The notes under the pieces were generated by a model. The model saw only the letters and a program-made list of their open reading frames with translations. It ran no database searches and was not told the origin of the DNA. Position numbers and translations under genes: made by a program. This document shows, piece after piece, positions 20,754-32,245 of a stretch of 64,000 nt of DNA; position 1 is the first letter of the stretch, and each line of letters starts with the position of its first letter. The DNA lies in assembly GCA_965198115.1 (NCBI GenBank), contig OZ240241.1, positions 3,872,001-3,936,000 on the forward strand, in the 5' to 3' direction. Source of the DNA: Candidatus Latescibacterota bacterium (GTDB lineage Bacteria > Latescibacterota > UBA2968).

Positions 20754-21452
20754 TTGCCGGTTCAGCCGGGAGTGAAAGCCCTGACGTTTGACCTGTTCGG
20801 TACCATCCTGGATTTGGGCGGAAGCCTGACGCCTTACATCGGGGCACTTCTGGAATCCAAGGGCTCCGATACGTCGGCCGATGAATTCTGGCAGCAGTGG
20901 CGCTACCGCCAGCGATTGGAGCAGTTTCAGGATACGATCATGGCGCTCGGTCACGGGGGCTATCTCGAAACGGTTCGACGCGCGTTCGTTTACACCCTTG
21001 GGTTGAACAAGGTGGAGGCGTCTGCGGATGAGGTGAAGACGTTCCTCGAGTGCTGGCGCGAGCTGTCACCCTTCCCGGAAGTGAAAGATGCGTTGCCGAA
21101 ACTGCACGCGCAGTATCGTCTCGTCGCGCTCTCCAACGGCGATCCGTGGTTCCTCGAACACCTTGCCGAAAACCGTATTCAATACGACTTCGACGCTGTC
21201 ATCTCGGTCGAGCAGGCAGGCGGCGGCTTCAAGCCGCACCCCGGCGTCTACCGAAAGGCGGCTACGATGATCGATCTCGAAGTCGGCGAGTGTATGATGG
21301 TGTCCGCCAATTCGTTCGACGTCGTCGGGGCACGAGCGTGCGGCATGCGTGGCGCCTGGGTCAACCGCTACGACCTGCCGTATGAAGACACCCCCTATCG
21401 AGCAGACGTGACGGTCGATGACTTCACACAGTTGGCGGAAGCCATTACGTAA
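20754..21452 (+). CDS. L-2-haloacid dehalogenase type II (HAD superfamily)
   Basis: FDLFGTILD, ALSNG, FKPHP and VSANSFDVVGA motifs. Confidence 0.88.
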   Translation: MPVQPGVKALTFDLFGTILDLGGSLTPYIGALLESKGSDTSADEFWQQWRYRQRLEQFQDTIMALGHGGYLETVRRAFVYTLGLNKVEASADEVKTFLECWRELSPFPEVKDALPKLHAQYRLVALSNGDPWFLEHLAENRIQYDFDAVISVEQAGGGFKPHPGVYRKAATMIDLEVGECMMVSANSFDVVGARACGMRGAWVNRYDLPYEDTPYRADVTVDDFTQLAEAIT

Positions 21453-21558
21453 GGGCGCCACTGCGCGTAAGACTGAGCGCGAGAGGTGTTGATGTCGCCC
21501 GCTCGGCAACCGATGAGACCACTGAGAGTTGCCCACATCTCTTCGAGTACAGATCACA

Positions 21559-23008
21559 TTGAGTAGACCCAATATCATTCTGATTTGCTCTGACCAGCAT
21601 AGCTCCCGATACACGGGCTATGCCGGGCATCCCCTTGTCAAGACGCCCAACCTCGATCGTTTGGCGGAACGGGGGATGGTCTTCGCGAACACCTATTGTG
21701 GAAACCCGGTCTGCACGCCCGGACGCGCGTGTATGATGACGGGGATGTATCCGTCTGATGTGGGATCTTATTGCAATTCAACGGTTTACGATGGGAGTGT
21801 TCCTACCTGGGCACAGCGTCTTTCCAAGGGTGGCTACGACTGTTGGGCCACGGGGAAGTTCGACATGAATTCCGATTTCCCGAGTGGATTCAAAGAGGTG
21901 GAGACGAGAAACGGCCATTATGACAATCCTGACATCACGTCCTTATTTCGGAATCCGCTTTGCTATCGGATGGACGAGCGACCGGATGTGGACGGTTGGC
22001 CGAGGGATGAACGACATCACGATGAACAGCTGACGCAGCACACGTTGACTTTCCTCGAGACAGAGGCGTCCGGCTCCGACAAGCCGTGGGTCTGCTGGCT
22101 GGGTATGAGCCAACCCCATCCGAAGTTCGTGGCACTTCGTGAATACTATGAGTTGTATCCGATCGACGAAATCGATCTGCCGGATGTCAGACAAGACGAT
22201 CTCGAGCAGATGCATCTCGTCTATCAGGCGATGAGGCACTTCAAACGAATCGCAACGTCGATTCCGGAGGATCGGATCAGACGGGCCCGGGCCGGTTACT
22301 ACGGGATGATTACCGAGCTGGATGAATATGTCGGCCAGGTCTACGATAAGCTGGAAGCGATCGGGCAACTCGAGAATACGATTTTCATCTATACATCCGA
22401 CCACGGTGAGTCGCTGGGCGAACACGGTCTGTGGCACAAGAGCACGCTCTATGAGAACGCTTCGCACGTGCCCCTGGTGATGGCGGGTCCCGGGATTCCC
22501 GGGGGGCACGTCGTCGATACGCCGGTTGCCCACGTCGATCTCGTAGCGGCGTTGTTCGAGTGGGGGGAACTGGACGTGCCGTCAAGTTACGGGGTCATTC
22601 GCTCGCTCCGTTTCTAACGGGAGATAAGAGTGGTCATCCTAGATGGACCTACACCGAAGCGCACTCCGAAGGGATGATGACCGGCGGTTTCATGATCAGG
22701 AAGGGTGCCTGGAAATACGTTTTCTTCACCTGGCACGATGGATTGTTGTTCAATCTGGATGAGGACCCCGGTGAGTTCGTGAACCGGATCGACGATCCTT
22801 CGTGTGCGGGTATCGTCAAGGAGCTTCGGACGATTCTGGACAGCCAAGTGGACACTGAACAGGTGACGCGGGACGCCTTCAACGCCCAGGCCGGGATGCT
22901 ACGCCAGTGACCGAGGGCAAGACGGAGGAAGAATTCGCCGCCCTTCTCGAAAGCCGGCTGGGCCCGGGTCAATCACGCCTGATGGCCGCCACTTACGCGA
23001 AATCTTGA
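21559..23008 (+). CDS. Choline-sulfatase-like sulfatase (frameshifts near 22585 and 22905)
   Basis: RPNIILICSDQH, CTPGR and SDHGESLGEHG motifs; collinear with the downstream paralogue. Confidence 0.85.
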
Positions 23009-23019
23009 GCCATCTTTTT

Positions 23020-23077
23020 CCGGGGCTTCAGCCCCGGTAATGTCTTTTCCGACCTTGACCACGGCTTCAGCCGTGGG
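23020..23077. repeat. Pair of GCTTCAGC-centred palindromes
   Basis: CCGGGGCTTCAGCCCCGG and CCACGGCTTCAGCCGTGG. Confidence 0.75.
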
Positions 23078-23118
23078 CCCTCATAGAACTGACTGACGCG
23101 GAAACCAAGGAAACTCCA

Positions 23119-24582
23119 ATGTCGTCCGGATCACGCCCGAACATCGTCTACATCTGTTCCGATCAGCATAGCTTCAGATACACGGGCTATGCCGGCCATC
23201 CGTTGGTCAAGACCCCCAACATGGACCGCGTTGCAGCCACGGGGACCGTGTTCGCGAACGCGTATTGCGGCAGCCCCGTGTGCGTGCCCGCGCGCGCGTG
23301 TCTGATGACGGGCATGTATCCTTCCGACGTGGGCTCCTACTGTAACTCCACACCGTGGGATGGCAGCCACCCGACGTGGGGTACGAGGCTGACCGAGCGT
23401 GGCTATCAGTGTCACGCGACGGGGAAATTCGATCTGAACGAGTTCGAGCGCGGTTTCAGCGAGAAGGATGTAAGGAACGGTCATTGTAGAAACCCGGATA
23501 TCACCTCGCTGTTTCGCAACCCGCTCTGCTATCGCCTCGGCGAGCGAGACAATGTGAACGGAAGTCCTCGTGACAAGCGGCACGGAGATTCAGAGCGAAC
23601 ACGGAATTGTCTCGATTTCATGAAGGATGAGCGTCCAGGCATCGATGAGCCGTGGCTCTACTTTCTCGGGCTGAGTCAGCCCCATCCAAAATTTGTTGCT
23701 CTACAGCAGTACTGGGATCTCTACCCGCTCGATCAGATCGACATGCCCGATGTGCGCGAAGACGATCTGGAGAACTTGCATCTGGTCTACCAGGGCATTC
23801 GCAGCGCCAAACGAATCGCAACGCCCATCCCTGAAGACCGTGTGAGGAAGGCACGGGCAGGCTACTACGGGATGATCACGGAGCTGGATGAATACATCGG
23901 TCAGGTCTACGACGCGTTGGACGAAGCCGGTGAGTTGGAAAACACGGTGTTCATTTACACGTCGGACCACGGGGAGTCATTGGGCGAGCACGGGTTATGG
24001 CTCAAGAACAACCTTTACGAGAACGCAGCGCACGTCCCCCTGGTCATGTGTGGCCCCGGTATCCCTGCGGGTAAAGTTGTCGAGACGCCCGTTGCCCACG
24101 TCGATCTCGTTGCGACGTTGCTCGATTGGGCAGGTGCGGACGGAATGTCGGACATGCGAGGCCATTCCCTGCTTCCGCTGATGAACGGGGAGACCGGCGA
24201 CCATCCTGGCTGGGCCTACACGGAGTCTCACTCCGAAGGCAACTGCACAGGGACCTTTTCCGTTCGAAAAGGGGATTGGAAGTACATCCATTTCCATTGG
24301 TACAGCGGGCTGCTGTTCAACTTGAGGGAAGATCCAGGCGAGTTTGTCAATCGTATCGACGATCCCTCGTGTGCAGACGTACTTATCGATCTAAAGGCTA
24401 TTCTGGACAGCCAGGTGGATACGGATCAGGTGACGCGTGACGCGTTCGAAAAACAGGATCGCGTCGTTCGCGGCCTGGCTGAAGGGAAGACGGAAGAGCA
24501 ATTCGCCGCGTTGCTCCAGGGACGTCTGGGCGAAGGTCAAGCAAGAGCGTTGGCATCGAAGTACGTGAGCGTCATCGTCTGA
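23119..24582 (+). CDS. Choline-sulfatase-like sulfatase
   Basis: RPNIVYICSDQH, CVPAR, GKFD and SDHG motifs. Confidence 0.92.
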   Translation: MSSGSRPNIVYICSDQHSFRYTGYAGHPLVKTPNMDRVAATGTVFANAYCGSPVCVPARACLMTGMYPSDVGSYCNSTPWDGSHPTWGTRLTERGYQCHATGKFDLNEFERGFSEKDVRNGHCRNPDITSLFRNPLCYRLGERDNVNGSPRDKRHGDSERTRNCLDFMKDERPGIDEPWLYFLGLSQPHPKFVALQQYWDLYPLDQIDMPDVREDDLENLHLVYQGIRSAKRIATPIPEDRVRKARAGYYGMITELDEYIGQVYDALDEAGELENTVFIYTSDHGESLGEHGLWLKNNLYENAAHVPLVMCGPGIPAGKVVETPVAHVDLVATLLDWAGADGMSDMRGHSLLPLMNGETGDHPGWAYTESHSEGNCTGTFSVRKGDWKYIHFHWYSGLLFNLREDPGEFVNRIDDPSCADVLIDLKAILDSQVDTDQVTRDAFEKQDRVVRGLAEGKTEEQFAALLQGRLGEGQARALASKYVSVIV

Positions 24583-25163
24583 TGTCCGCGTGTTCGAAAG
24601 GGTGCAATCGCTTTAGGGAGTCTACTCATGCGGATACTTGTCCTTGACGATGAAGATCTGTCCAGAACATTGATCCATCGATTGCTTTCGGCCGGTGGCC
24701 ACGACGTGCTGGCAGTGGATAATGGCAGCGATGCAATCGAGTCGCTCGTCGAACCGACCGGCCCCGGCCTTGCAGTTCTGGATTGGCACATGCCATCACC
24801 GGATGGGTTCGAAGTGTTGCAGAGGGTACGTGAGTCCGAACACGGCAAGCAGATTTACATCATTTTTGCGACCGTTCGAGGACATTCCGAGGAAATCGTC
24901 AAGGTACTCGAAGCCGGCGCAGACGACTACGTCACCAAGCCCTATGACACGGAAGAACTTCTGGCTCGCGTAAACGTGGGACAACGGGTTCAGAAACTGC
25001 GAAATCAACTGCTCGCGTCCGAACGGGACCGAGTTGTGCTGGAAACGGCCGGTGCGGCTGCCCACGAGATTTTCCAACCCCTGACGGCTGCGCTGATGAC
25101 GCTTGAAGTGATGATCGAGGAGTTAGGCGACGAGGCGCCTGCTAAGGGTTCGCGAATAAATAA

Positions 25164-26590
25164 GGCTATATCCGGATCTCTCAACGAGATGAAGTGGGTG
25201 AAGGTGCCGTGGTTCCTGGCATGGGGGCGCGGTTAGAGTGTGCGGAACCTCTTCGGAATCTGCTCAGGGATGTTTATGTCTCCGACGGTAAGGAAGATCA
25301 TATCGTTGAATGCGTCGAGTGTGCGGAATCCGCTGGCTCGGTTCTTGACGATTTGGACGATTCGGTTGAGGCCTTCGGCGATGGCGTTGGTAAGACGCGT
25401 GTTCACGAATGCGAGGACGCCGAAGAAGTGCTGTCGCAGGGTCCTGACGAACTTTCGCAGGGGTTCAAGTCGACTTCTGAGTGCGGACGTCGTCCAGCAT
25501 TTCAGGAAGCGTTCGGCAGCCCAGGGCGCTTTGTATTCCCAGAACTGCTCGAACTCGTCCTTGAGTCTCCAGGCTCTATAGATTCGGTAGTTCGCCTTCT
25601 CCAGTGCTTCGAGTGTCCGAGTATCCCCTCTGGAGCGTGTCGCTGAGTGCCGGTAGAGGAGCCATCGGAGGCCCTTCATGGCTTTGCGCTCATCCGGGGC
25701 AGCTTTACGCCACTGGTCCTTACGGACCTCGTCAACGGCGGCATTGAGAGCCTTGACGATGTGAAAGCGATCGAGGACCAGCTTGGCATTCGGACAGTGT
25801 TCCTGGATGGCTCCGATGTAAGCTTCAAGCTTCGCTCATGTCGCAGCAGGCCCACCCGATCTTGGATCTCCGGTAGGGACTGAGAGCCTCTGTGAAGAAC
25901 CGATCGATCGTTTTACGCGCCCTGCCGCGGCCAACCCACACCACGCAGGAGCGGTCCAGATCGTAAACGAGCGTGGCGTACCTGTGACGCTTGGCGTAGG
26001 AGATCTCGTCGATCCCGATGGTTTTGAGCCCTCGGATACGATGACCTTCACGAAGCCGCGTGATGGATCGGTGAAGGAGATCCGACAGCGTCGAGGCAGA
26101 GATGCGCAGTAACTCGGACGCCGCCTTCTGCGTCATGGTCTGGCAGTAGCGCAGCATGGCATACTCGAAGCGATACGTCACCCGAGAGAACCGCTCCGCC
26201 CACGGAATCTCCTCGACCACACGACCGTGGGTAGGACACCGAATCTCCCGAGGATGGTAGAGAAGCCAGACCCTCCACCCGCACACCGGAATGTCACGCC
26301 ACCGACGCGGATGGGGCATTGTGCGGACGATTTTACCTCGACGGCCGCACTCCGGACAACAACAACCATTCTTATGTGGCTTTACGGCGATGACGAAGCA
26401 GCTTCTCCCCTCAAACCACCAGCTGACAACACGGAACCCCTTGAATCTCAGCAGTTTCGATAGTAATCTGCTCCCGGTCATAGGTCGCACCCCCTTCGCT
26501 TTGATTGTCCTACACACACAACCAAGCGTAGGGAACGATCTATGACCTTGTCATTCTATAGTTTCACCGTTGAGAAACCCGGATAGAGCC
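25164..26590 (-). mobile_element. ISL3-family IS
   Basis: IRs GGCTCTATCCGGGTTTCTCAACG / GGCTATATCCGGATCTCTCAACG; 8-bp TSD ATAAATAA (25156-63, 26591-98). Confidence 0.93.
25233..26481 (-). pseudogene. ISL3 transposase frameshifted by a 7-bp tandem duplication
   Basis: Zn finger CPECG..CPTHG; IGIDEISY, CDMS, DRFHIV and TNAIAEGLN motifs; AAGCTTC doubled at 25820-25833. Confidence 0.88.
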
Positions 26591-26604
26591 ATAAATAAAC
26601 GGTC

Positions 26605-27818
26605 GATCTCAATGTTGAGCCATTGGCCGGATCGTGTAGTTCCAGTCGCCGTGGAAATCGTGCGGAGTGAGATCGATTTGGGTCATCTGTTCATCGGTCA
26701 CCTTGACCCCGTTAGGGTAGGGTCGCTTGTCGATCTCGGAGCGTACTCGGAGACCGGCTTGAGTGGTCGTTCCGGCAATGAGATTCACGGTTGCAGCCAG
26801 GCTGACCAGGGGCTTGCCTCGCCCAGTTCATAGCGATGAAGGAGAACAGGCGATGTTCGATCTTGTTCCACTTACTAGTGCCAGGAGGGTAGTGGCATAC
26901 GGTGATCGTCAGGCCAGTGCGATTCGCAAAGCGCTGCAGCTCCCACTTCCACAGCCGCGTCTTGGCGCCGTTGCTGCCGCCTGCGTCCGCCGTGATTAGC
27001 AGATGCGTCGAAGTGCCGTAGGCGGGCCGTCCCATGTTCTTCCACCAACTTCGGATCGCATTCACGGCGAAGCTGGCCGTGTCGTGATCGATACCGACAC
27101 TTACCCAGCCTTCATCACGGCTCAGATCATACACTCCATAAGGGATCGCCTTGCCCTGAGCAGGCACTATGAAATCGTGTACCTTCACACGCTCCGGGTC
27201 TCCCTTGGGTCGCCATTCTCGGCCAGGATTCTTGAAGTCGCCGATCAACTCTTTCTTCTTGGTGTCCACCGAGATAACGGGAAGGCCCTGCTGCTGCTGC
27301 TGGCTAATCCGATCATCGAGGTAAACGAACTGAGCGTCCCGATCCGGGTGTGCAGATCCCTCCCTTGTCTTCCGATTCGCCTGCAGCGTGTAATCGTGTT
27401 CGTGCAGGAGATTGGCAACGATCCTGGGGCTCACCGAATGCCCCATCGCTTGCAACTCGGCGGCCAGTTTGCGAGTGCTCTTCGATGTCCATCTCAGAGG
27501 ATTGTCGTCAGGCGACCCCGCAGTCGTTGGCTCGACCAGATCATTCAGGTCCTGCCACAGCGTCGGGTCCGTGTCGGCCTTCCGCTTACGACCGCCGCCT
27601 GGACGCCGGATGCGAGCCGGGTCCAAAGGTTCGTCCGACCTCAACTCCTGAATGCCACGAAAGATCCGCTCTCTGGACATTCCTGTCGCCAGAGCCACAA
27701 TCGCGATCCCACCGTGACCCAACGCTTCGGCTTCCGTGGCGGCCCACAGACGACGCGTGCGTTCCGTCAGCACCGGAGCCAAGGCTTCATACTTCGTTCG
27801 GAGAGTTTCGACGTCCAC
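26605..27818 (-). CDS. ISAzo13 transposase (1-nt frameshift near 26822)
   Basis: Protein identical to 6037-7030 up to FIAMNW. Confidence 0.85.
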
Positions 27819-28253
27819 ACTCCGAGCGTAAGATCATTACCTTGAAAAGTGCAGCACTTATTTCGTGGCAAACCCTAAGAGGGCCGTACAGGAGGTCCAC
27901 TTGGCGTGCTCGGAGATCGAGCGGATCGTGAAAAACATGAGATCGACAGAGAAATACCATACGCGACAATACATTGGCCAGACGCGGATCATCGATTTCG
28001 GTTCATCTACCGACAAGAAGGATGAGTGATACCCATCATTTGGTACGTCAATCGGCAACGCGTCGGGCTTTCGGGGACGCGCAGGATGACTGCGGGGAGA
28101 GGTCCCGCGTCCCGAGCAGATCACGCATTTGGTGACGTAGAAATCGCATCGACAGGATAGCCGTTCGTCCTCGATCCTTGGAAGTGCCAGCGTCTTTTTC
28201 GCGACTTCCTACGCGTCTTTGCGCCTTCGTATAAGGTGCCTGATGGAGTCAAC

Positions 28254-29722
28254 GTGGCAGACCAACCCAACATTCTGTGGTATTGCTCCGATCAACGCGA
28301 TTCGATACGATCGGGGCGTTGAACAATCCGAACGTGCATACGCCTCGCCTCGACGCATTCATGAAAGAGGCGGTGACGTTCGACTACGCTTACTGTCAGT
28401 CGCCCATCTGCACGCCCAGTCGATCGAGCTTTCTGACCGGGATGTATCCGAGCGCCGTAGGCGTTAACGGGAACGGGAATGATACCTGGCCTGACTATTA
28501 CGCCGAGCGTCTCCTTCCGAACATGCTCACCCGAGCTGGTTATTACTGTGGGCTGGTCGGGAAGCTGCATCTCGCAGGGGCGGCGAACGCCCTCGAGAAC
28601 CGTGTGGACGATGGCTACAGCTACTTCCAATACAGCCACGCGCCCAAAGGGCCCGACGACTTCGGACACGATTACGCCGACTGGCTCAGGCTTCAGGGAG
28701 CGGATCCGGCAGAGCTGCTGTTAGAGCACAACAAGATCGGTTCCTACCGCAAAGGGGCCACGGTGAAGAGCTTCGGCGGTGTTTACGAACCGACCGAGAG
28801 TCAGGACAACGTGCCCCCCCATTTGCATCAGACGCACTGGTGCACCCAGAAGTCGATCGAGTTCATCGACAGGAATCGTCGCGAAAACCAGCCCTGGATG
28901 CTGAGCGTCAATCCGTTCGATCCACATCCCGTGTTCGATCCGCCCTATGAGTATTACAAGCGATACGACGTGGCGGAAATGCCGGGCGCGCACTTTCGGG
29001 ATGGTGACCTCGAACATCAGCAGAGGCTCGTCGACGCGAACGTAGACTTCCAGTCCAAGCCGCAGCATCCCGACAAGTGGGACCACAAGCGCATTCAGGC
29101 CGCCTATTATGCGATGGTCGAGCAGATCGACCACGAGTTTGGACGGTTGTTGGATCACCTCGTAGCGATCGGTGAAAGAGAGAATACGATCGTCGTTTTC
29201 ATGAGCGACCACGGGGAGGCCTTATGTGACCACGGACTACTGCTGAAAGGATGTCGGTTCTTCGAGGGGCTGACACGAGTGCCGCTGATGATCTCCTGGC
29301 CCGAGAAGTATCAGAGGGACGTCATCAGCGACGCGTTGGTAGAACTCACCGATCTCGTCCCGACCTTCCTGGATGCGGTGGAGCTGGAAACACCCTATTG
29401 GGTACAGGGCAAGTCGTTAACCTCCGTTCTCGAAGGGTCGTCGACGGAGCACAGGGATTTTGTGAGAACCGAATTCTTCGGGGCCATCAACTATCCGGAC
29501 CAGACCCACGCAACGATGTATCGCGATCGACGATGGAAGTTTATCGACTACCACGGCAAAGACCTCTTCGAGCTCTACGATCTCGAGAACGACCCGTGGG
29601 AACATAGCGACCTGTCGGAATGCCCGGATCACCAGGGCACGATGTGCGATCTCATGCAGAAGAGCTTTGATGCCACGGTCTACGCGACCCCACCCTTCGC
29701 ACCAAGGGCCATGCCGTTCTAG
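28254..29722 (+). CDS. Sulfatase (frameshift near 28297)
   Basis: GTG 28254 gives MADQPNILWYCSDQ; the other frame continues RFDTIG...CTPSR, GKLH, SDHG. Confidence 0.88.
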
Positions 29723-29758
29723 TCGGCTCCTGCCAACCGTAACAGCTGTTACGAGAAT

Positions 29759-29808
29759 AGCCCGCTTCAGCGGGCTTGGCTACCGTAGTGGGGCTTCAGC
29801 CCCACGCG
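29759..29808. repeat. GCTTCAGC-centred palindrome doublet
   Basis: AGCCCGCTTCAGCGGGCT ... GTGGGGCTTCAGCCCCAC. Confidence 0.78.
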
Positions 29809-29818
29809 AAAGAGATCG

Positions 29819-30394
29819 ATGCCAACATTCACCGAGGTCATGGAACGCGTGGAAACCGAGTGCACCGAGCGTCACGTTCCCATGCTCGGTCGCGACAAAG
29901 CGGTGTTCCTTGCGGATCTCATCGAGAAGGCGAATCCTGTGCTCGTCGTCGAGTGCGGGTCGGCGATTGGATATTCCGGGCTGTGGATCGCGGATCGCTT
30001 GCGCAGCATCGGCCAGGGGTGTCTCTTGACGGTCGAAGTGGACAAAGGTCGAGCTACGGAAGCTCGGGCAAACTATGAGGCTGCTGAGCTGACGGGCTGG
30101 ATCGACAGTCGAGTGGGCGACGCGGAGCAGATGCTGGCCAGGCTCGAGGAGGAGGTCGATTTCCTCTTTCTCGACAACAACTTCGGCAATTACATGCCCT
30201 GCTTCCGTGCGATTGAGAACCGCCTGGTCGATGGGGCGACGATCGTGGCCGACAATGTCGGAATCGGCGAGAGCTCGATGCGCGATTATCTCGACCACGT
30301 TCGCTCGTCGTTCGAAAGCGAAACGCACTGGTTCGATGTCGGTTTGCCCTGGGTCGACCGTGACGCAATGGAAGTTTCCGTCTTCAGGCGGTAG
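29819..30394 (+). CDS. Class I SAM-dependent O-methyltransferase
   Basis: VVECGSAIGYSGLW, VDFLFLD and IVADNV motifs. Confidence 0.9.
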   Translation: MPTFTEVMERVETECTERHVPMLGRDKAVFLADLIEKANPVLVVECGSAIGYSGLWIADRLRSIGQGCLLTVEVDKGRATEARANYEAAELTGWIDSRVGDAEQMLARLEEEVDFLFLDNNFGNYMPCFRAIENRLVDGATIVADNVGIGESSMRDYLDHVRSSFESETHWFDVGLPWVDRDAMEVSVFRR

Positions 30395-30413
30395 CTGGTT
30401 TGATACCTTAACC

Positions 30414-30489
30414 AGTCCGCTTCAGCGGACGGAGTTTATCCTGAGCGCAGTCGAAGGGCTGCAGTAGCGTGAGACTTCAGTCCCACGCG
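30414..30489. repeat. Palindrome doublet with a 24-nt micro-element in the spacer (30434-30457)
   Basis: AGTCCGCTTCAGCGGAC..[GTTTATCCTGAGCGCAGTCGAAGG]..TAGCGTGAGACTTCAGTCCCACGCG. Confidence 0.75.
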
Positions 30490-30503
30490 CAGGGGAGGAA
30501 CCC

Positions 30504-31271
30504 TATGAGACCGGGATTCATGAGTTCCGTTTGTCCAAAACAGACGCTCTCCGAGCTAATCGGGTCCGCGAAAAAATATGGCTACGAGGGTATCGAGTTC
30601 CGCGTGGAGTGGGATCACAAGCACGGGATCGAGCTCTCCTCGTCGGAAGATGACATGGCCTCCGCTCAGGGAATGCTCGAGGACAGCGGCATCCAGGCCA
30701 CGTGCATCGCGACCGGCGTGCAACTCAACTCCACCGATGCGGCCGAGCACGAGAAGGAACGCGAATCGTTGAAACGATACATCGAGCTCGCACAAGGCGT
30801 GGGTGCTAGCCACCTGCGAGTCTTCGGGGATCCGGTTCCGAGGATGAGGCCAATCGGGATAAGGCACTGGGGCTTGCGGCGGAATCGTGTGCGGCGGTCG
30901 ATGATCACGCCGGCCAGCACAACGCGAAAGTGCTGATCGAGACACACACCAACATGCGTGCGGATTGGGCGAAACGGATCGTGGATGATTCCGGCGCGAG
31001 TAATGTGGGCGTTCTGTGGCACATCGGTCATCACATACGTCACGGTCAGTCCGTCGATGAGGCGTACGGCCACCTCAAGGGATATGTCGACCATATGCAC
31101 TTCAGCGCCCGCGAGGGAAGCCAGGTTACGGACGATGACAACAAGCGGACGGTCGATCTCCTTGCACCCGACGACTATTCAGGGTTCTTCTCCGTAGAGG
31201 TGATTGACCCGGACGATTCAGAAGCTGTTCTCGCACAACACATGGAGAAGTTCAAGACCTTCAGTCAGTGA
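30504..31271 (+). CDS. Sugar-phosphate isomerase/epimerase, TIM barrel (frameshift near 30840)
   Basis: YGYEGIEFR, LRVFG, LIETH and FSVEVI motifs. Confidence 0.8.
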
Positions 31272-31276
31272 TATGA

Positions 31277-31392
31277 ACCGCTCACCCTGAGTAGCGATCT
31301 AGTGGTAGCCGATCGTAGCGAAGCCACGGGAGTCAAACGAAGATTCGCATATCGAAGAGCCTGCCCCGAGCGGAGTCGAGAGGGCGAGCGGT
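31277..31392 (+). repeat. Variable-core hairpin repeat, copy C, with a micro-element in its right arm
   Basis: ACCGCTCACCCTGAGTA-N56-TATCGAAG[AGCCTGCCCCGAGCGGAGTCGAGAG]GGCGAGCGGT. Confidence 0.8.
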
Positions 31393-31408
31393 CGGAGTAA
31401 GCGACAAC

Positions 31409-32233
31409 ATGTCAGATTCGATCCCATACAAGTACGCGCTTTGCAGCGAAACCTTCGAAGATCGATCCCTGGCCGAATCGGCGCAGCTTACGGCAAAGAT
31501 CGGATACACTGGTCTCGAGTTGGCACCTTACACATTGTGTGACCTCGTGACGGATCTCGATTCGTCCGACCGGGCACGGATTCGTAAAGATGTAGAGGAC
31601 GCTGGGATAGAAGTGGCCGGACTGCATTGGCTGCTCGCGAACACCCCGTTCAGGCTGAACACGCCGAACGAAGATGAAAGAAGAGCTGCGGGGGACTATT
31701 TGGTCGAGCTGGTCGATTTCTGCGCGGATGTGGGAGGTGACACCATGGTGTTCGGGTCACCCGCCCAACGTGATCCCGCCGATGGCTTTGATCCGGCAGA
31801 AGCGTGGGAGTGGATGATCGAGTGCATGCGAAAGTGCGGAGAACGCGCGCACGACCGGGGTGTGATATTCTGCATCGAACCGCTCGGAACACCCTTTGTC
31901 ACCTGGATCGACGATGCCATGAGACTGGCCGAGGAAGTCGGTCAGCCTGGATTCGCGATGATGGTTGACTGCAAAGCCATGGCGCAGGACGACCGTTGGC
32001 CGGTGAGCGATCAGATTCGTCACGCATACGGATCCTTCCACCACGTCCACGTGAATGACCCGAACAGGCTGGGACCGGGAATGGGAGATCTCGACTTCAG
32101 CCCGATTCTGAAAGCGCTCGCAGAATTGGATTACGCCGGCTGGGTGTCGGTCGAGGCCTTCGACTTCGAGTCCGGCCGCGAAAACGTCGCCCGAACCAGC
32201 CTCGAAAACATGCAACGCATCGTGGAGAGTTGA
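31409..32233 (+). CDS. Sugar-phosphate isomerase/ketose 3-epimerase family
   Basis: GYTGLELAP, FGSPAQR, IEPL, HVHVNDPN..GPG.G and WVSVEAF motifs. Confidence 0.9.
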   Translation: MSDSIPYKYALCSETFEDRSLAESAQLTAKIGYTGLELAPYTLCDLVTDLDSSDRARIRKDVEDAGIEVAGLHWLLANTPFRLNTPNEDERRAAGDYLVELVDFCADVGGDTMVFGSPAQRDPADGFDPAEAWEWMIECMRKCGERAHDRGVIFCIEPLGTPFVTWIDDAMRLAEEVGQPGFAMMVDCKAMAQDDRWPVSDQIRHAYGSFHHVHVNDPNRLGPGMGDLDFSPILKALAELDYAGWVSVEAFDFESGRENVARTSLENMQRIVES

Positions 32234-32245
32234 ACTGTGCGTTCG

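Larger units (their letters stand above)
25146..27875 (-). mobile_element. ISAzo13-family IS, copy 2, with ISL3 inserted in its right IR
   Basis: IRs GGGTTTGCCACGAAATAA / GGGTTCGCGAATAAATAA; TAA duplicated (25143-45, 27876-78) within CTAAG. Confidence 0.9.
24628..28029 (+). pseudogene. Response regulator (REC plus HisKA-like helix pair) interrupted by nested ISAzo13/ISL3
   Basis: REC motifs (LDDE, LDWHMP, DYVTKP) then AAAHEIFQPL. The empty site GCTAAGAGG restores ...APAKRAVQEVH...YHTRQYIGQTRIIDF...KKDE* (stop 28027-29). Confidence 0.87.
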
